NCBI GenBank assembly: GCA_009914755.4
Contig: CP068257.2
Coordinates: 20,512,001-20,576,000 of the forward strand
Source: the human T2T-CHM13v2.0 reference genome, Homo sapiens
Direction of reading: 5' to 3'
Length of the DNA stretch: 64,000 nt
In this document: positions 14,090 through 25,745 of the stretch, piece by piece
Numbering within the stretch: position 1 is the stretch's first letter
Layout: each line of letters opens with the position of its first letter
Made by a program: the position numbers and the translations under genes
Notes under the pieces: model-generated
Told to the model about the DNA's origin: nothing
The model's input: only the letters and a program-made list of their open reading frames with translations
Database searches by the model: none

Positions 14090-14520
14090 CATCCTTTAAA
14101 ATGCAGGGTGAAGGAAGACATGCCTATACAGCACACCTGCAGAATAAGCACATTGTGGATGCTGCTAAGACTTACCACATACACCCGCTGGAGTGGCAGC
14201 TGAACCACTCCTGAGCCTGCTTGAGCCACAGCTGGGGTGGCCAAGGCACTCTGCACTGGAATATGGGGAGAAAAGCTCCAAGGCAGCCCTGGGCAACAAA
14301 ACTTGTGGAGGGCATCCAAGGCCTCTCTCTGGAAACCAGTTCACCTTTCTAGAGCTCTGGGCCAGTGGTGGGAGGGGCAACCCCAAAATCTCTGAAATTG
14401 CCTTTGGATCCTTTCTGTCATCATCTTGATGAATATTGGGGAGCTCACAAATCCTAAAAACACTGAAAATTTTCCACCTACCTAGAAACACTTGAAGAAT
14501 TCTCAGCATAAAAACTGGCA
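14090..14520 (-). mobile_element. Probable old-L1 5'UTR-derived segment, paralogous to 7980-8450
   Basis: Contains caaccccaaaatctctgaaattgcctttggatcctttctgtcatcatcttgatgaatattgg, similar to motifs in the 5'UTR of the antisense L1 at 56.6 kb. The 118-aa minus-strand ORF here has no recognisable protein features. Confidence 0.3.
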
Positions 14521-15112
14521 TTGATCACCAAATAAACAACTGTATAATTATGACAAAATGATGTGGATAATGATGGTGGAATATTGCATATGATGCTCTG
14601 ACAATTTACGTAAAATATAACCATCAATATATAAAGAAGAATAGAGGAGGACTATGGAAAGTAGAATAAGCTGTTGATTTTCTGACATAGACTTAGTATA
14701 AAAGATGTTTTAAATTTGATGTTAAATGAGGAAAAGCAGGAACAAAAGAAACTAGATAATTCAATCTTACTCAAAGTAGGAAAACAACAGACTGTGTTAA
14801 AAGCAAGAATGATATGGATATTATATTAAGGTATTAGGATATATGCAACAATCAAAACAAATGTAGAACATCTCTAAATTCCAAACAAAATATAAAAAAT
14901 GAAAATATGAAAATCCCAAAAATTAAAGCAATAAAAAGAGAGCACACAGTGACAAAGAGTTATATAAATGCATTAAGGAAAACAAAACAAAGATCAAACA
15001 CCTTTTTTGTCCTATTAATCAAGTATGTGAGTTTTTTACTCATGTACTTTTAAAAAGTTCAGACTGGTTAGCCAAGTAAATTCAAAGTCTGTGATAAAGT
15101 CTGGAAAATTAC

Positions 15113-15385
15113 AGCCAGGTGTGGTGGCTCACAGCTACAATTCTAGCATTTTGGGAGGCTGAGGTGGGTGGATCGCTTAAGCCCAGGAGTTAGAGACCAG
15201 CCCATGCAACATGGTGAAACCCCGTCTCTACAAAAAATACAAAAATTAGCTGAGCGTGGTGGTGCATGCCGGTGGTCCCAACTACTCAGGAGGCTGAGGC
15301 AGGTGGATCATGGCTGCAGTGAGCCATGATGGTGTCACTGTACTCCAGCCTGGGCAACAGAGCAAGACCCTGTCTCAAAGAAAAT
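15113..15385 (+). mobile_element. Alu SINE inserted into an L1 ORF2 remnant
   Basis: ggccaggtgtggtggctcacagctacaattctagcattttgggaggctgaggtgggtggatcgcttaagcccaggagttagagaccagc...cactgtactccagcctgggcaacagagcaagaccctgtctcaaag. Confidence 0.9.
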
Positions 15386-16065
15386 AATTTTCGAAATGTT
15401 TTCTAGTTCTGTGAAGAGTGATGGTGGTATTTTGATGGGAATTGCGTTGAATTTATGGATTGCTTTTGGCAGTATGGTCATTTTCACAATGTTGATCCTT
15501 CCCATCCATGAGCATGGGATGTGCTTCCATTTGTTTGTGTCATCTATGATTTTCTTCATCAGTGTTTTCTGGTTTTCCTTGTAGAGGACTTTCACCTCCT
15601 TGGTTAGGTATATTTATAAGTATTTTATTTTATTTTATTGCAGCTATTGTGAAAGGAGTTGAGTTCTTGATTTAGTTCTCAACTTGACCACTGTTGGGGT
15701 ATAGGGGAGCTATTGATTTGTGTACATTGATTTGTATCTTAAAACTTTGCTGAATTCTTTATCAGTTACAGGAGCTTTTTGGAGGATTCTTTATGGTTTT
15801 CTGGGTATGCAGTCATGTCATCAGCAGACAGCGACAATTTGACTTCCTCTTTACCAATTTGGATGCCTTTTGTCTCTTTCTCTTGTCTGATTGCTTTGGC
15901 TAGGACTTCTGGTAATATGTTGAATGGAGGTGGTGAAAATGACATCCTTGTCTTGTTCTGGTTCTCATGTGGAATGCTTTCAAACTTTTCCCCATTTAGT
16001 ATTATGTTGGCTGTCGGTTAGATGGTTTTTATTACATTGAGGTATGTCCCTTGTATGCAGATTTT
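15386..16065 (-). mobile_element. L1 ORF2 fragment (RT to thumb region, about aa 545-850), antisense
   Basis: The minus-strand translation [34 protein letters not shown]...FTELE matches L1 ORF2 [34 protein letters not shown]. Upstream is the reverse complement of [18 protein letters not shown]. Confidence 0.8.
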
Positions 16066-16074
16066 GCTGAGAGT

Positions 16075-16700
16075 TTTAATCATAAAGGATGATGGATTTA
16101 TATGGAATCTACAATGAACTTAAACAAATTAGCAAAAAAATACAAAACAAACAAAACAATCATGTCAAAAAGTGGGCTAAGGACATGAATACACAATTCT
16201 TGAAAGAAGATATACAGATGCCCAACAAAAATGGAACATCACTAAGGATCAGGAAAATGCAAATCAAAACCACAATGCAATGCCACTTTACTCCTGCAAG
16301 AATGGCCATAATAAAAAAAATAAAAAAATAATAATACATGTTGGTGTGGATGTGGTGAAAAGGGAACACTGCTGCTGGGAATGTAAACCAGTACAACCAC
16401 TATGGAAAACTGTGTGGAGTTTCCTTAAAGAACTAAAAGTAGAAGTATCATTTGATTTAGCAATCCCACTGCTGGGTATCTACCTGGAGGAAGAGAAGTC
16501 ATTATATGAAAAGATACTTGCACACGTATGTTTATAGCAGCACAATTCACAATTGTAAAAATGTGGAACCAACCCAAATGCCCATCAATCCATGAGTGGA
16601 TAAAGAAACTGTGGTATATATACATTATGGAATACGACTCAGCCAATTAGCTATCATAATATAAAAAATTGTATAAGAATATTATTAAAAAGATATAAAA
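16075..16700 (+). mobile_element. L1 ORF2 C-terminal fragment plus a short 3' end, sense
   Basis: The translation [71 protein letters not shown]...[37 protein letters not shown] matches the L1 ORF2 C-terminus. Confidence 0.8.
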
Positions 16701-17499
16701 ACATAAACACCACTGTAAAAAGAGTATGTCTTTTTGAGATCTGTGAGTTGTATCTTACTTGCAAGCAAGCAAGTTTGTTTCATAGACATTTGCAGGAGAC
16801 AGAGAGTTGAAGGTCAGAATGAAAAATCTATTCATTATGTACAGCAAGCAGCAGCAAGACTGTCACTGTGTTCTCATGCTGGACCTCAAAACCACAATTT
16901 TCACAAGGTAAAATGATACATACAAACATTGTTAAAGGGTCAGCTGTATATCAAACTCTGAACCCCAAAACAGACAATACATCTTTTAATATGTTATATT
17001 ATTAAAACTGATTGCATATTAGGTGACAAAAAAACAGAATGAGATCTTGTAAAATATATAAAGAGCAATTCAAACTGTTATGTAATAAAACTAAAAATTA
17101 ACCAAATTTGAAAACAAACAGCGATTTCATTTGGAAAGTAAAACTTATAAAAAGCCATTAAATAGCCCTTGGGCCAAAAAAAGGCATTTCAAAATTTGTT
17201 AATGTTATGAAGGTAAAAGTAAAAATGTCACGTTAGAACCAATTGGAATATAGCTGAAACAATTTTCAGGGAAATATTAATAACCTATATAATGCTTACC
17301 TAAATTCAAATTTTATAATGAAAATGTAATTCAACCTAATCATTAAAAAAGAGAACAAAGTAAATCAAACCAAAAGTTAATTATGTTAAAAATTAATCAA
17401 ATATGATGGCCAAAATTAATGAAACAGAAAATACTAAAATACTTAGGCATGAAGCAAACAAAAAAGTTGCAAAATCTTTCTCACTTGTTTTTAAATATT

Positions 17500-17627
17500 A
17501 TTTGTTTATTTAGTTTGAGATGTGTTCTTGCTCGGTTTCCCAGGCTGGTCTTGAAATCCTTGGCTCAAGAGATTCTCAGCCTCTCATGTAACAGGAATTA
17601 CAGACATGAGCCACAATGCCTGACTCT
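17500..17627 (-). mobile_element. Alu-monomer-like fragment (FLAM/FRAM-like), antisense
   Basis: gagatgtgttcttgctcggtttcccaggctggtcttgaaatccttggctcaagagattctcagcctc...ggaattacagacatgagccacaatgcctgac resembles the reverse complement of a single Alu monomer. Confidence 0.5.
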
Positions 17628-19019
17628 AAAATTACAAAATTTTAATAAATAAATACACAATACACTCCTAAAAAGAATAAATGTAGAATTTTAAAAATAA
17701 AATAAAACACATCTAGAGAACATTAACAATGTAAAGAAAAATCAGTTCTCACTCCTAATAATAAATAACACCACTTTTTCTACTGTGTGCACACTCTTCT
17801 TACTGAACCAACACACACACACTTACATATATATATGAAAAGGAAATGGAAAAACAGGGTATTGGAAACAGGAGTGAAAACTTTCCTTGTTGTAAAGTAC
17901 CAAAGACCTTGTCTGAATTTTTTTGTTCTAGGGCTTTGTGGAATGATGAAATTAAGGATGTTGAACTAGAATATCTGTAGAAAAAAATTTAAGTAGCAAA
18001 GCATTAAGGCTTCTCTGTGGTTACTTTTGACCTCATAGAATGAAATGTTTGAGCAAATAAATGACTTAAAGATGGAATTTATAATTAAAAGGGATGCAGA
18101 GTAGAAAGATTGGAAAATTTGCAGTAGCCCCCCAGTATTTAGTTAGAAGCATAAGAAGAAATCTATTTCATGGTTGTGATGGTTCCTCACACATCTGTCA
18201 ACTTGTGCAGGTTTTATATGCACAGTTCAGTTCATCCACTGCAGTTCATGGAAACTCATTTTCACTTAGTTTGCAAAATACGTGTCTCTTTTTTTTAAAT
18301 CAAAGTTGCTCTTTTACTGTAAGGAAAGTCAAGAAAGTTAAAAACACCACAGAAGCACCTCTGTCTTTCACATTAATCATTACTATTTAATTCACTAAGC
18401 TTTTGAATAATTCTAACCCCAAATTTACTATTATTTTGGCTAAACATCCCTTCTTAAAGCTCAGCTATTTCATTGGATATTATTTTTATCTATCTCAAAT
18501 ATATGCATCCTGCAGAACATTTTTAATTGTCTATGCATGCAGGTTAGTGTGTATAGTTTTATGTGTGCATGTATATATTTATCAATGTTTAATCCTTTTT
18601 TTAAACACTGTCATTGAGTAGGTTTCAAAGTTGATTATTTTCACTCAATATATTCAAAGTATTAGCTCCCTAACATTTAGCTTAATGAATCTGTACTTAG
18701 TCTAACTAGTTTTTCTTTCTGATTTATCCATATATTCTCTTTAACTGTATTTCAAACTTTCTCTTGTGTTTTTTGGCGTTTTGTAGAATTACTGTAAGCA
18801 TCTGGGGTTTTTTTTCTTAATCCTACTTAGTTTTTACTTAATTTGTATTTTTAAACCTTCTAGATTTCAAGATTTGTTCCTTTCAATAATTAAATAAAAT
18901 GCAAAACCATTTTTCCTGATATTTTCTTTCTCTTTTTTTCTATTATCTGCTTTTAATTCATTTTATAATTCTGTTATATTTTTATTGAATGAACATTAAA
19001 CATATTTTAGATTATCTCA

Positions 19020-21517
19020 CTCTATTATAAATTTTATGGGAGTTTAGCTCCCATTTATAAATGAGAAAATGTGATACTTGGTGTTCTGTTTCTGCATTAA
19101 TGTGCTTAAGATAATGGCCTCCAGCTGCATCAGTGTTGTAGCAAAGGACATGATTTTGTTATTTTGTTATGGCTGCATAATATTCTGTGGTGTATATATA
19201 CCACATTCTCTTCATCCAGTCCATTGTTGATGCAAACTAGGCTATTTCTATGTCTTTGCAATTGTGGATAATGCTGCAATAAACAAATGAATGCAGGTGT
19301 CTTTTTTGGTAGAGTTATTTATTTTCCTCTGGGTATATACCCATTGATGGGATTCCTGTCAATTGGTGCTTTTATTTTCTACTCTTTCAGAAATCTCCAT
19401 AACTGCTTTTCACAGGGGCTGAACTAATTTATCACATTTCCACCAAAAGCGTATAAGCATTCCCTTTACTCTGCAGCCTCATCAACATCTGTTATTTTTT
19501 GACTTTTTGGTAATAGCCATTCTGACTCATGTGAGACGATATCTCATTTTGGTTCTGATTTGCATTTCTCTGATGACTAGCATTGTGGAGCATTTTTTCC
19601 TGTATTTCTTGACCACTTGTATGTCTTCTTTTAAGCAGTGTCATTCATATCCCTTGCACATTTTTAATAGGGTTTTTTTTTCTTCTTGATTTATTTAAGT
19701 TTCTTATAGATTCTGGATATTAGTCCTTGGTAAAGTGCATAGTTTGCAAATATTTTCTTCAATTTCACAAATTGTCTGTTACTCTATTGACAGCTTATTT
19801 TGCTATGCAGAGGCTCTTTAATCAGATTCAACTTGTCAATTTTTGTTCTTATTGCCATTGCTTTTGAGGATTTAGTTATAAATTATTTGTCTAGGCTCAT
19901 GTCCAGAATATTTTCTACATTTTGTTTTCACATTTTAATGTTTGAAGTCTTACATTTAAGTCTTTAATCCATATTAATTTAAGTATATGGTGAGAGGTAG
20001 CTGCATATTGTTAGCTAGTATGCTAGCACAGTTTTTTACCAGACAGTACTTTTCCCCTTCCTTATTTTGCTTGCTTTGTAAAAGATCAGTTGGTTGTAGG
20101 TGTGTGACTTTATTTCTGAGTTCTCTATTCTGTTTCATTGGTCTCTGTATCTATTTTTGTACAGTACCATGCTATTATGATTAGTGTAGCCTTATAGTAT
20201 AGATTGAAGTCAAGTAATGTGATGACTCAGGCTTTGTTCTTTTTAGTTAGAATTGCTTTGGATATTCAGGCTCATTTTTTGTTTGTTCCATATGGATTTT
20301 AAAATAGTTTTGTTCTAATTCTGTGAAAAATAACATTGACAATTTGCTAGGAATAGCATTGAATCTGTAGATTGCTTTGGGCAGTATGAAAAATTTAATG
20401 ACATTCATTCTTCCAATCCATGAACATGGAATGTTTTTCCATTTCTTTGTGTCATTTATGATTTCTTTGAGCAATGTTTTATAGTTCTTTTTGTACAGAT
20501 CTTTCACCTCCTTGATTAGATGCATACTTAAACATTTTACATTTTTGTGGCTATTGTAAATGGGACTGTGCTCTTGATTTGGCACAAAGCTTGAACAATA
20601 TTGGTAGAGAAAAATACTACTGTTTTTTGCATGCAAATTCTGTGTCCTGAAAGTTTACTAAAGTCATTTATCAGGTCTTGGAGGCTTTTGGTGGTGTCTT
20701 TAGGGTTTTCTGCATAAAGAATCATATGATTAATGAAGAGAGATAATTTGACTTCCTCTTTTCCTATCTGGATTCCTTTTGTTTCTTTCTCTTGCCCAGT
20801 TGCTCTGGTGAGGCTTCCAGTACTGTGATGAATAAGAGTGGTGAGAGTAAATATCCTTGTCTTTTTCCAGTTCTTAGGGGAAATGATTCCAGCTTTTCCC
20901 CATTCAGTATGATATTGGCTGTGGGTTTGTTACAGACGGTTGTTATTATTTTGAAGTATGTTCTTTGAGGCCTAATTTTTTGAGGGTCTTTATTATGAAT
21001 GGATTTTGAATTTTATAGAATGTTTCTTCTGTGTGTACTGAGATGATCATGTGGTTTTTGTTTTCAATATTATTTATTTGGTGAATCACATTTATCGACT
21101 TGTATATGTTGAACCAACCTTCTATCCCAGGAATGAAGCTTACTTTATCTAGATAAATTAATTATTTGGATTGCTGGTGGATTCTGTTTCCTAGTATTCT
21201 GTTAGGGATTTTTGCAACTATGTTTATGATAAATATTGGCATGTAATTTTCATATTTTGTTGTGTCTTTGCTAGATTTTGGTATCAGGATGATACTGGTT
21301 TCGTAAAATGAGTTAAGGAGAAATCCCTCCTCTTTGGTTTTTTTTTTTTTTTTTTTGGAGTAGCTTCTGTGGGTTTGGTACAAATTTTTTGTACATCGGG
21401 TAGAATTCAGCCATGAATTTGTCTTTTCCAGAACTTTTAATGGTTGGTAGTTTTTTAAATTACTGACTCAATTTCAGGACTTGCTATTGATTGGTTCAGG
21501 TTGCTTTAAACTCACAA
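19020..21517 (-). mobile_element. L1 (older L1P/L1M-like) direct 3' portion: ORF2 from about aa 395 to the end plus 3'UTR, antisense. It may extend left to a T-run near 18596.
   Basis: Minus-strand ORFs translate to FADDMIVY-region and [33 protein letters not shown]. 20730-21517 is the reverse complement of ORF2 SPGPDGFTAEFYQ...ISLMNIDAKIL...[11 protein letters not shown]. 19030-19100 is the reverse complement of the ORF2 end (ctcccatttataaatgagaaaatgtgatacttgg). Confidence 0.85.
21340..21357. repeat. Poly-T run (T18) inside the antisense L1
   Basis: ctttggtttttttttttttttttttggag. Confidence 0.9.
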
Positions 21518-22588
21518 CAGTAGAAAAAGAAGAAACAAGGGCATTACATATTCAATAAGAAGAATGAACTATTCTAACTATATATGCAGCCAACATAGGA
21601 ACACCCAGATTCATAAAATAATTACTCTAAATCTAGGAAAAGCCTTAGAAAGCCAAACAATAATAGTGGAGGACTTCAACACCACATCTACAGCATTAGA
21701 CAGATCAGCAAGGCAGAATACTAACAGAGAAATTCTGGACTTAAATTTGACGCTGGAACAATTAGACCTAATAGACCTCTATAGAATACTCTACCCAACA
21801 ACCAAAGAATGTACATTTTTGTCATCTGCACATGGAATATACTCTATGATCAACTACATGCTTGGCCATAAAGCAAGTCTCAATAAATTCAAGAAAATAT
21901 AAACCATATTATTAAGCATATTCTCAAACCACAGTGAAATACAAATAGAAACCAATACCAAGAAAAACTCTCAAAACTACACAATTATGTAGAAACTAAG
22001 TAACTTTTGGTTAAACAAAGAATTAACACAGAAATAAAAAATTCTTTGAAACAAATGAAAATAGAGACAGAACATACCAAAATCTCTGGGATACAGCTAA
22101 AGCAGTCTTAAGAGGAGAGTTTGTAGCACTAAATACCTACATCAAGAAGATAAAAGACCTCAGACTAACAATCTAACATCACACCTAAAGGAACTAGAAA
22201 AACAAGATCAAACTAATCCTAAAGCTAGCAGAAGAAAAGTAATACCTGAATCAGAGCAGAACTAAATGAAATTGTACCCTAAACACCATATAAAGTTCAA
22301 TAAAATTAAAAGTAGGTTCTTTGAAAGGATAAACATGGTAGATGGACTGCGAGCTAGATTAACATAGAAAAAAGAGATGATCCAAATAAGCACAATCAGA
22401 AATCACAAAGGAGACATTACAACTGACCCCACAGAAATACAAAAGATCCTCAGAGACTATTATGAATGCCTCTGTGCACACAAATCTGTAGAAAATGGAG
22501 AAATTCTTGAAAGCATACAATCACCCAAGATTGAGTCAGAAAGAAAATGCACAAATCTCAATTGTCCAGCTTTACTAATTTTTTAGAC
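21518..22588 (+). mobile_element. Inverted 5' segment of the same L1 (ORF2 about aa 130-395), sense. It abuts the antisense segment.
   Basis: The plus-strand translation ...IIVEDFNTTSTALDRSARQNTNREILDLNLTLEQLDLIDLYRILYPTTKECTFLSSAHGIYSMINYMLGHKASLNKFKKI... and ...IRNHKGDITTDPTEIQKILRDYYECL...LNCPA match the L1 ORF2 EN-domain end and Z region (GDFNTPLSTLDRS; IRNEKGDITTDPTEIQ; LNRPIT). Confidence 0.85.
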
Positions 22589-24644
22589 TCATATACCCAA
22601 TTTCTTACACCCAGATCAAAACATGAAAGCTTTTCAGCCCCCAGAATGTTACCTTGTGTTCTTTCTCTGTCAATATCTGAACAAAGAAAACCATTTTTCT
22701 GAATTCTATTGTTATAGATTAGTTTTTTCAGGTCTTGACCTTTATATAACTAGATCAAACAATATGATTATCATTAATTTTACTAAAAATGTGTCATAAA
22801 TATTAATTTTTTATCTTTTTGTCTGAATTTTTTTTGCTTATTATTATGCCTGAGATAATCTATTTTGTTGTATTTAGCAGTGTTTCATTATTTTGGATTG
22901 TTCTTTAGTATCTATTGTACAATTTAACAAAATTTATTTAATGTAATGTACATATATAAATGTACATATATATGTATCAGAGTAATAAATGCATACACAA
23001 ACACACACACACATCACTCAGAGCATTATGACTACAGGTCATTATGAGAACTACTACTAATTCAAGATCATAAATTCCTCATGAGATTCTTTTCTGCAAA
23101 TAACATCTGGTTTGGAACAACAACAAAATTACTGTCCCCTTCTATGTGAAGTTTATTGTTAATTATAAGTTTATCTCTTTGGGTTTCAAGCTACATATGG
23201 ACATAGGCAATTGGAGTGCACATCCTAGTTTTTCCCCTTTGTCTCAGACCACTTCTAGCTACCCACATGGAAGCTAATATTCTTGGTCATTCAGCAGATA
23301 TATTCAGACCAAATTTCAGCTTTGGCACTCCACTATCTCACAAGGTTCTGATTTTTACTTAATCTATGACTTTTATAATTTAATTTTAAGGAAAATCAGT
23401 GTTTAAGTTGTAAATACAATTGTATTTTATTTCAGTTGGGAGTGTTTACCTCGGAAGTATATCTAAAATATTGCTGATATTAGAATCTTTAATGACTATT
23501 TACAGAAAACTTTCAATGTATTGAGAAATAAAAAGTAAAGGATTAAAAATTACTTTTGGTAGATATAGAAGGGAAATAAACATGAAACCCAAAATATAAT
23601 TTAATATTGTCATATTTGTTATATTTGATCTATCAATGACTTCGCAGAAGAACACCCATACATAGTATTAAGAGAGAATATATGGTGAATGGATAAGATT
23701 ATGGCTATTTTATGAAATAAAATATTTACCAAAACATGTTATAGTCATATATAGTAAAGGAGAGATCTCAAAATAACACTTTCTTTTTCTTATGTTTTGT
23801 ATAGAATGTGCTTATGTATAAAACATGCATATACATTTGCATGTACTTTAAGAAGTCATGTTTTTATGCATTCTTTTTCATTTAGTTACATGAGTGGAAT
23901 AAAAAATATTTAATTATATATTATTAATTATGGTAAAGATTCATTTTTCTTTTCATCAAATATGCTCTAAAACTAAATTTGTAATGGTATCAAAATAAAA
24001 GTAGAAAAAAGTGTTTCTTCTCCCTTCTTCATTGTTCTTTGATTTTAAATGTTTTTCTTTAAGATTGAGTTTATATTTCCCTATAAGCATACTGCAACAA
24101 GAGATGAAGCAGCAATATGATCATACTATTGATCAAATCTTTTGATCAAATCTATTGTGTTTCTGTTTTTCCTTTTTTGCAAAGTTCTTACTCTCCCATG
24201 ACTTCATGTAAATTGATTTAAGTATATTGCCATACAAGATAGTTCAAATGGAGATAAATATTGCAGTGTTTCTCTTGACATACCTAATGCCTTTTTTTAA
24301 GGACTGCTTCAAGGTGTACAAATAATGCTATCTATATAAATGTTAAACTATACCTAATTCTACTTTTAAATATAGTGTAATGATTTTGCAATAAGATATC
24401 AAGTAGACAGTTTTAAAAATGTTAACTGCACATAATTTCTAAAATAATTGTAACACGTAGAGTTAACCATCACTGAAATAACTGTTGGATCTAAGCCTAC
24501 TTGTTTTATATTAGTACCAAACAATAAAGAAATGCCAAGATTATTATTGGTTTTAATATAAAAATGTGTAGCAAGTATTAATTTTTCATTATTTTAGTGG
24601 TGCTTTCTTAGAAATGCTTGCTCCCATTGTATACGAGGACCATA

Positions 24645-24965
24645 TCTTGGTGGAGCGCAGCGGCTTTTGCCTGTAATCCCAACACTTTCTCTGAAGATGA
24701 GAGCAGAGGATTGCTTGAGCCCAGAAGTTCAAGACCAGCCTGGGCAAGAGAGGAAAACCCCCATCTCAAAAAAAAAAAAAAAAAAAAAAAAATTAAAACA
24801 TTGGCTGGCCACAAAGGTATGTGGCTGTAGTCCCACCTACTCAGGAGGCTGAGGTGGGAGAATCCCTTGAGCTCAGGAGTTTCAGAATGCAGTACACTGT
24901 GATTACATCACTGCACTTAAACCTGGATAGGAGAGGAAGACCCTGTCTTTCTCTCAAAAAAATTA
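24645..24965 (+). mobile_element. Alu SINE (AluJ/S-like) with an expanded middle A-linker (A26 at 24766-24791)
   Basis: Left monomer ggtggagcgcagcggcttttgcctgtaatcccaacactttc...gttcaagaccagcctgggcaagagag, then (A)26, then right monomer ...gtagtcccacctactcaggaggctgaggtgggagaatcccttgagctcaggagtt.... Confidence 0.85.
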
Positions 24966-25454
24966 TATTTTGGTATAAAGACAGATTATTTTAGATCAAA
25001 ATCTATTGAAAAATTGATTTTGCATAATTTTATTGTTTGCTGGATGTACTGTTGTTTTCCCACAAATCATTAATGTGGAAAAAAATAAATATGCATTTTT
25101 TTTCTAACTGAACCTAATGTATATAGTAAGCAGCTCTCTCTCCTTGTAGAAGTCTGAATGTTATTTAGTACATGTTTCTCAATCTACTCAATAATTTGTA
25201 TTACTCTCACCCTGCTCTCTCTGGATTTGCATTTAAAATCTAGTTTATGTGATTGGTTACATGGCATCAATGCATGCAATTAATTTTAGTCTTATTCTTG
25301 ATGTGGCTCAATTTATGTTTGCCATTTTAATATTTTTTCATTATATTTAATGTCTTTTTATGCCTTTGTTTTCCTTTACTATCTTCTTTTTCATTAAATA
25401 TTTTATATAGTAACATTTAGTATCATTTCTAGAATAACATTTGAGTATCATTTA

Positions 25455-25745
25455 CATTTTTAATTTTTTAATTTTAAATTATCATAGAAACATAATAGTT
25501 GTATTTATTCATAGGGTACATGTGATGTTTTGATACAAGCATTCAATGTGTAATGATCAAATTAGAGTAATGAGGATTTCCATCACCTCATTAGACATTA
25601 AGGTTGATTCCATACCTTGGCTATTGTGTATAGTGCTACAATAAACATGGGAGTGCAGATATCTCTTCGAGGTTCTGCTTTTCTTCATTTTGGATATACG
25701 CAGAGGAGTGAGGTTGTTATTGTCAGTGTCTGTTTCCCTGCATTA
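25455..25745 (-). mobile_element. L1 3'-end fragment with internal deletions, antisense
   Basis: T-rich leader then gggtacatgtgatgttttgatacaagc... and cattaaggttgattccataccttggctattgtgtatagtgctacaataaacatgggagtgcagatatctc are reverse-complement L1 3' motifs (catttaggttgattccatgtctttgctattgtgaatagtgctgcaatgaacat). Confidence 0.6.

Noticed and set aside
14165-14521. 118-aa minus-strand ORF in a moderately GC-rich block
   Set aside because: It has no start context, no recognisable domain and no splice-site support. The block has a paralogue at 7980-8450 and resembles old L1 5'UTR sequence. It is treated as repeat-derived, at low confidence.
20247-20725. 129-aa and 62-aa minus-strand ORFs
   Set aside because: Both are L1 ORF2 reverse-transcriptase/thumb remnants (FADDMIVY region and [16 protein letters not shown]...FTELE) with many substitutions. 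They are pseudogenic repeat sequence.
21564-21902. 112-aa plus-strand ORF (MNYSNYICSQHRNTQIHKIITLNLGKALESQTIIVEDFNTTSTALDRS...)
   Set aside because: It is a decayed fragment of the L1 ORF2 endonuclease domain (GDFNTPLSTLDRS..LIDIYRTLHP..KIDHILGHK) within the inverted L1 segment, not an independent gene.
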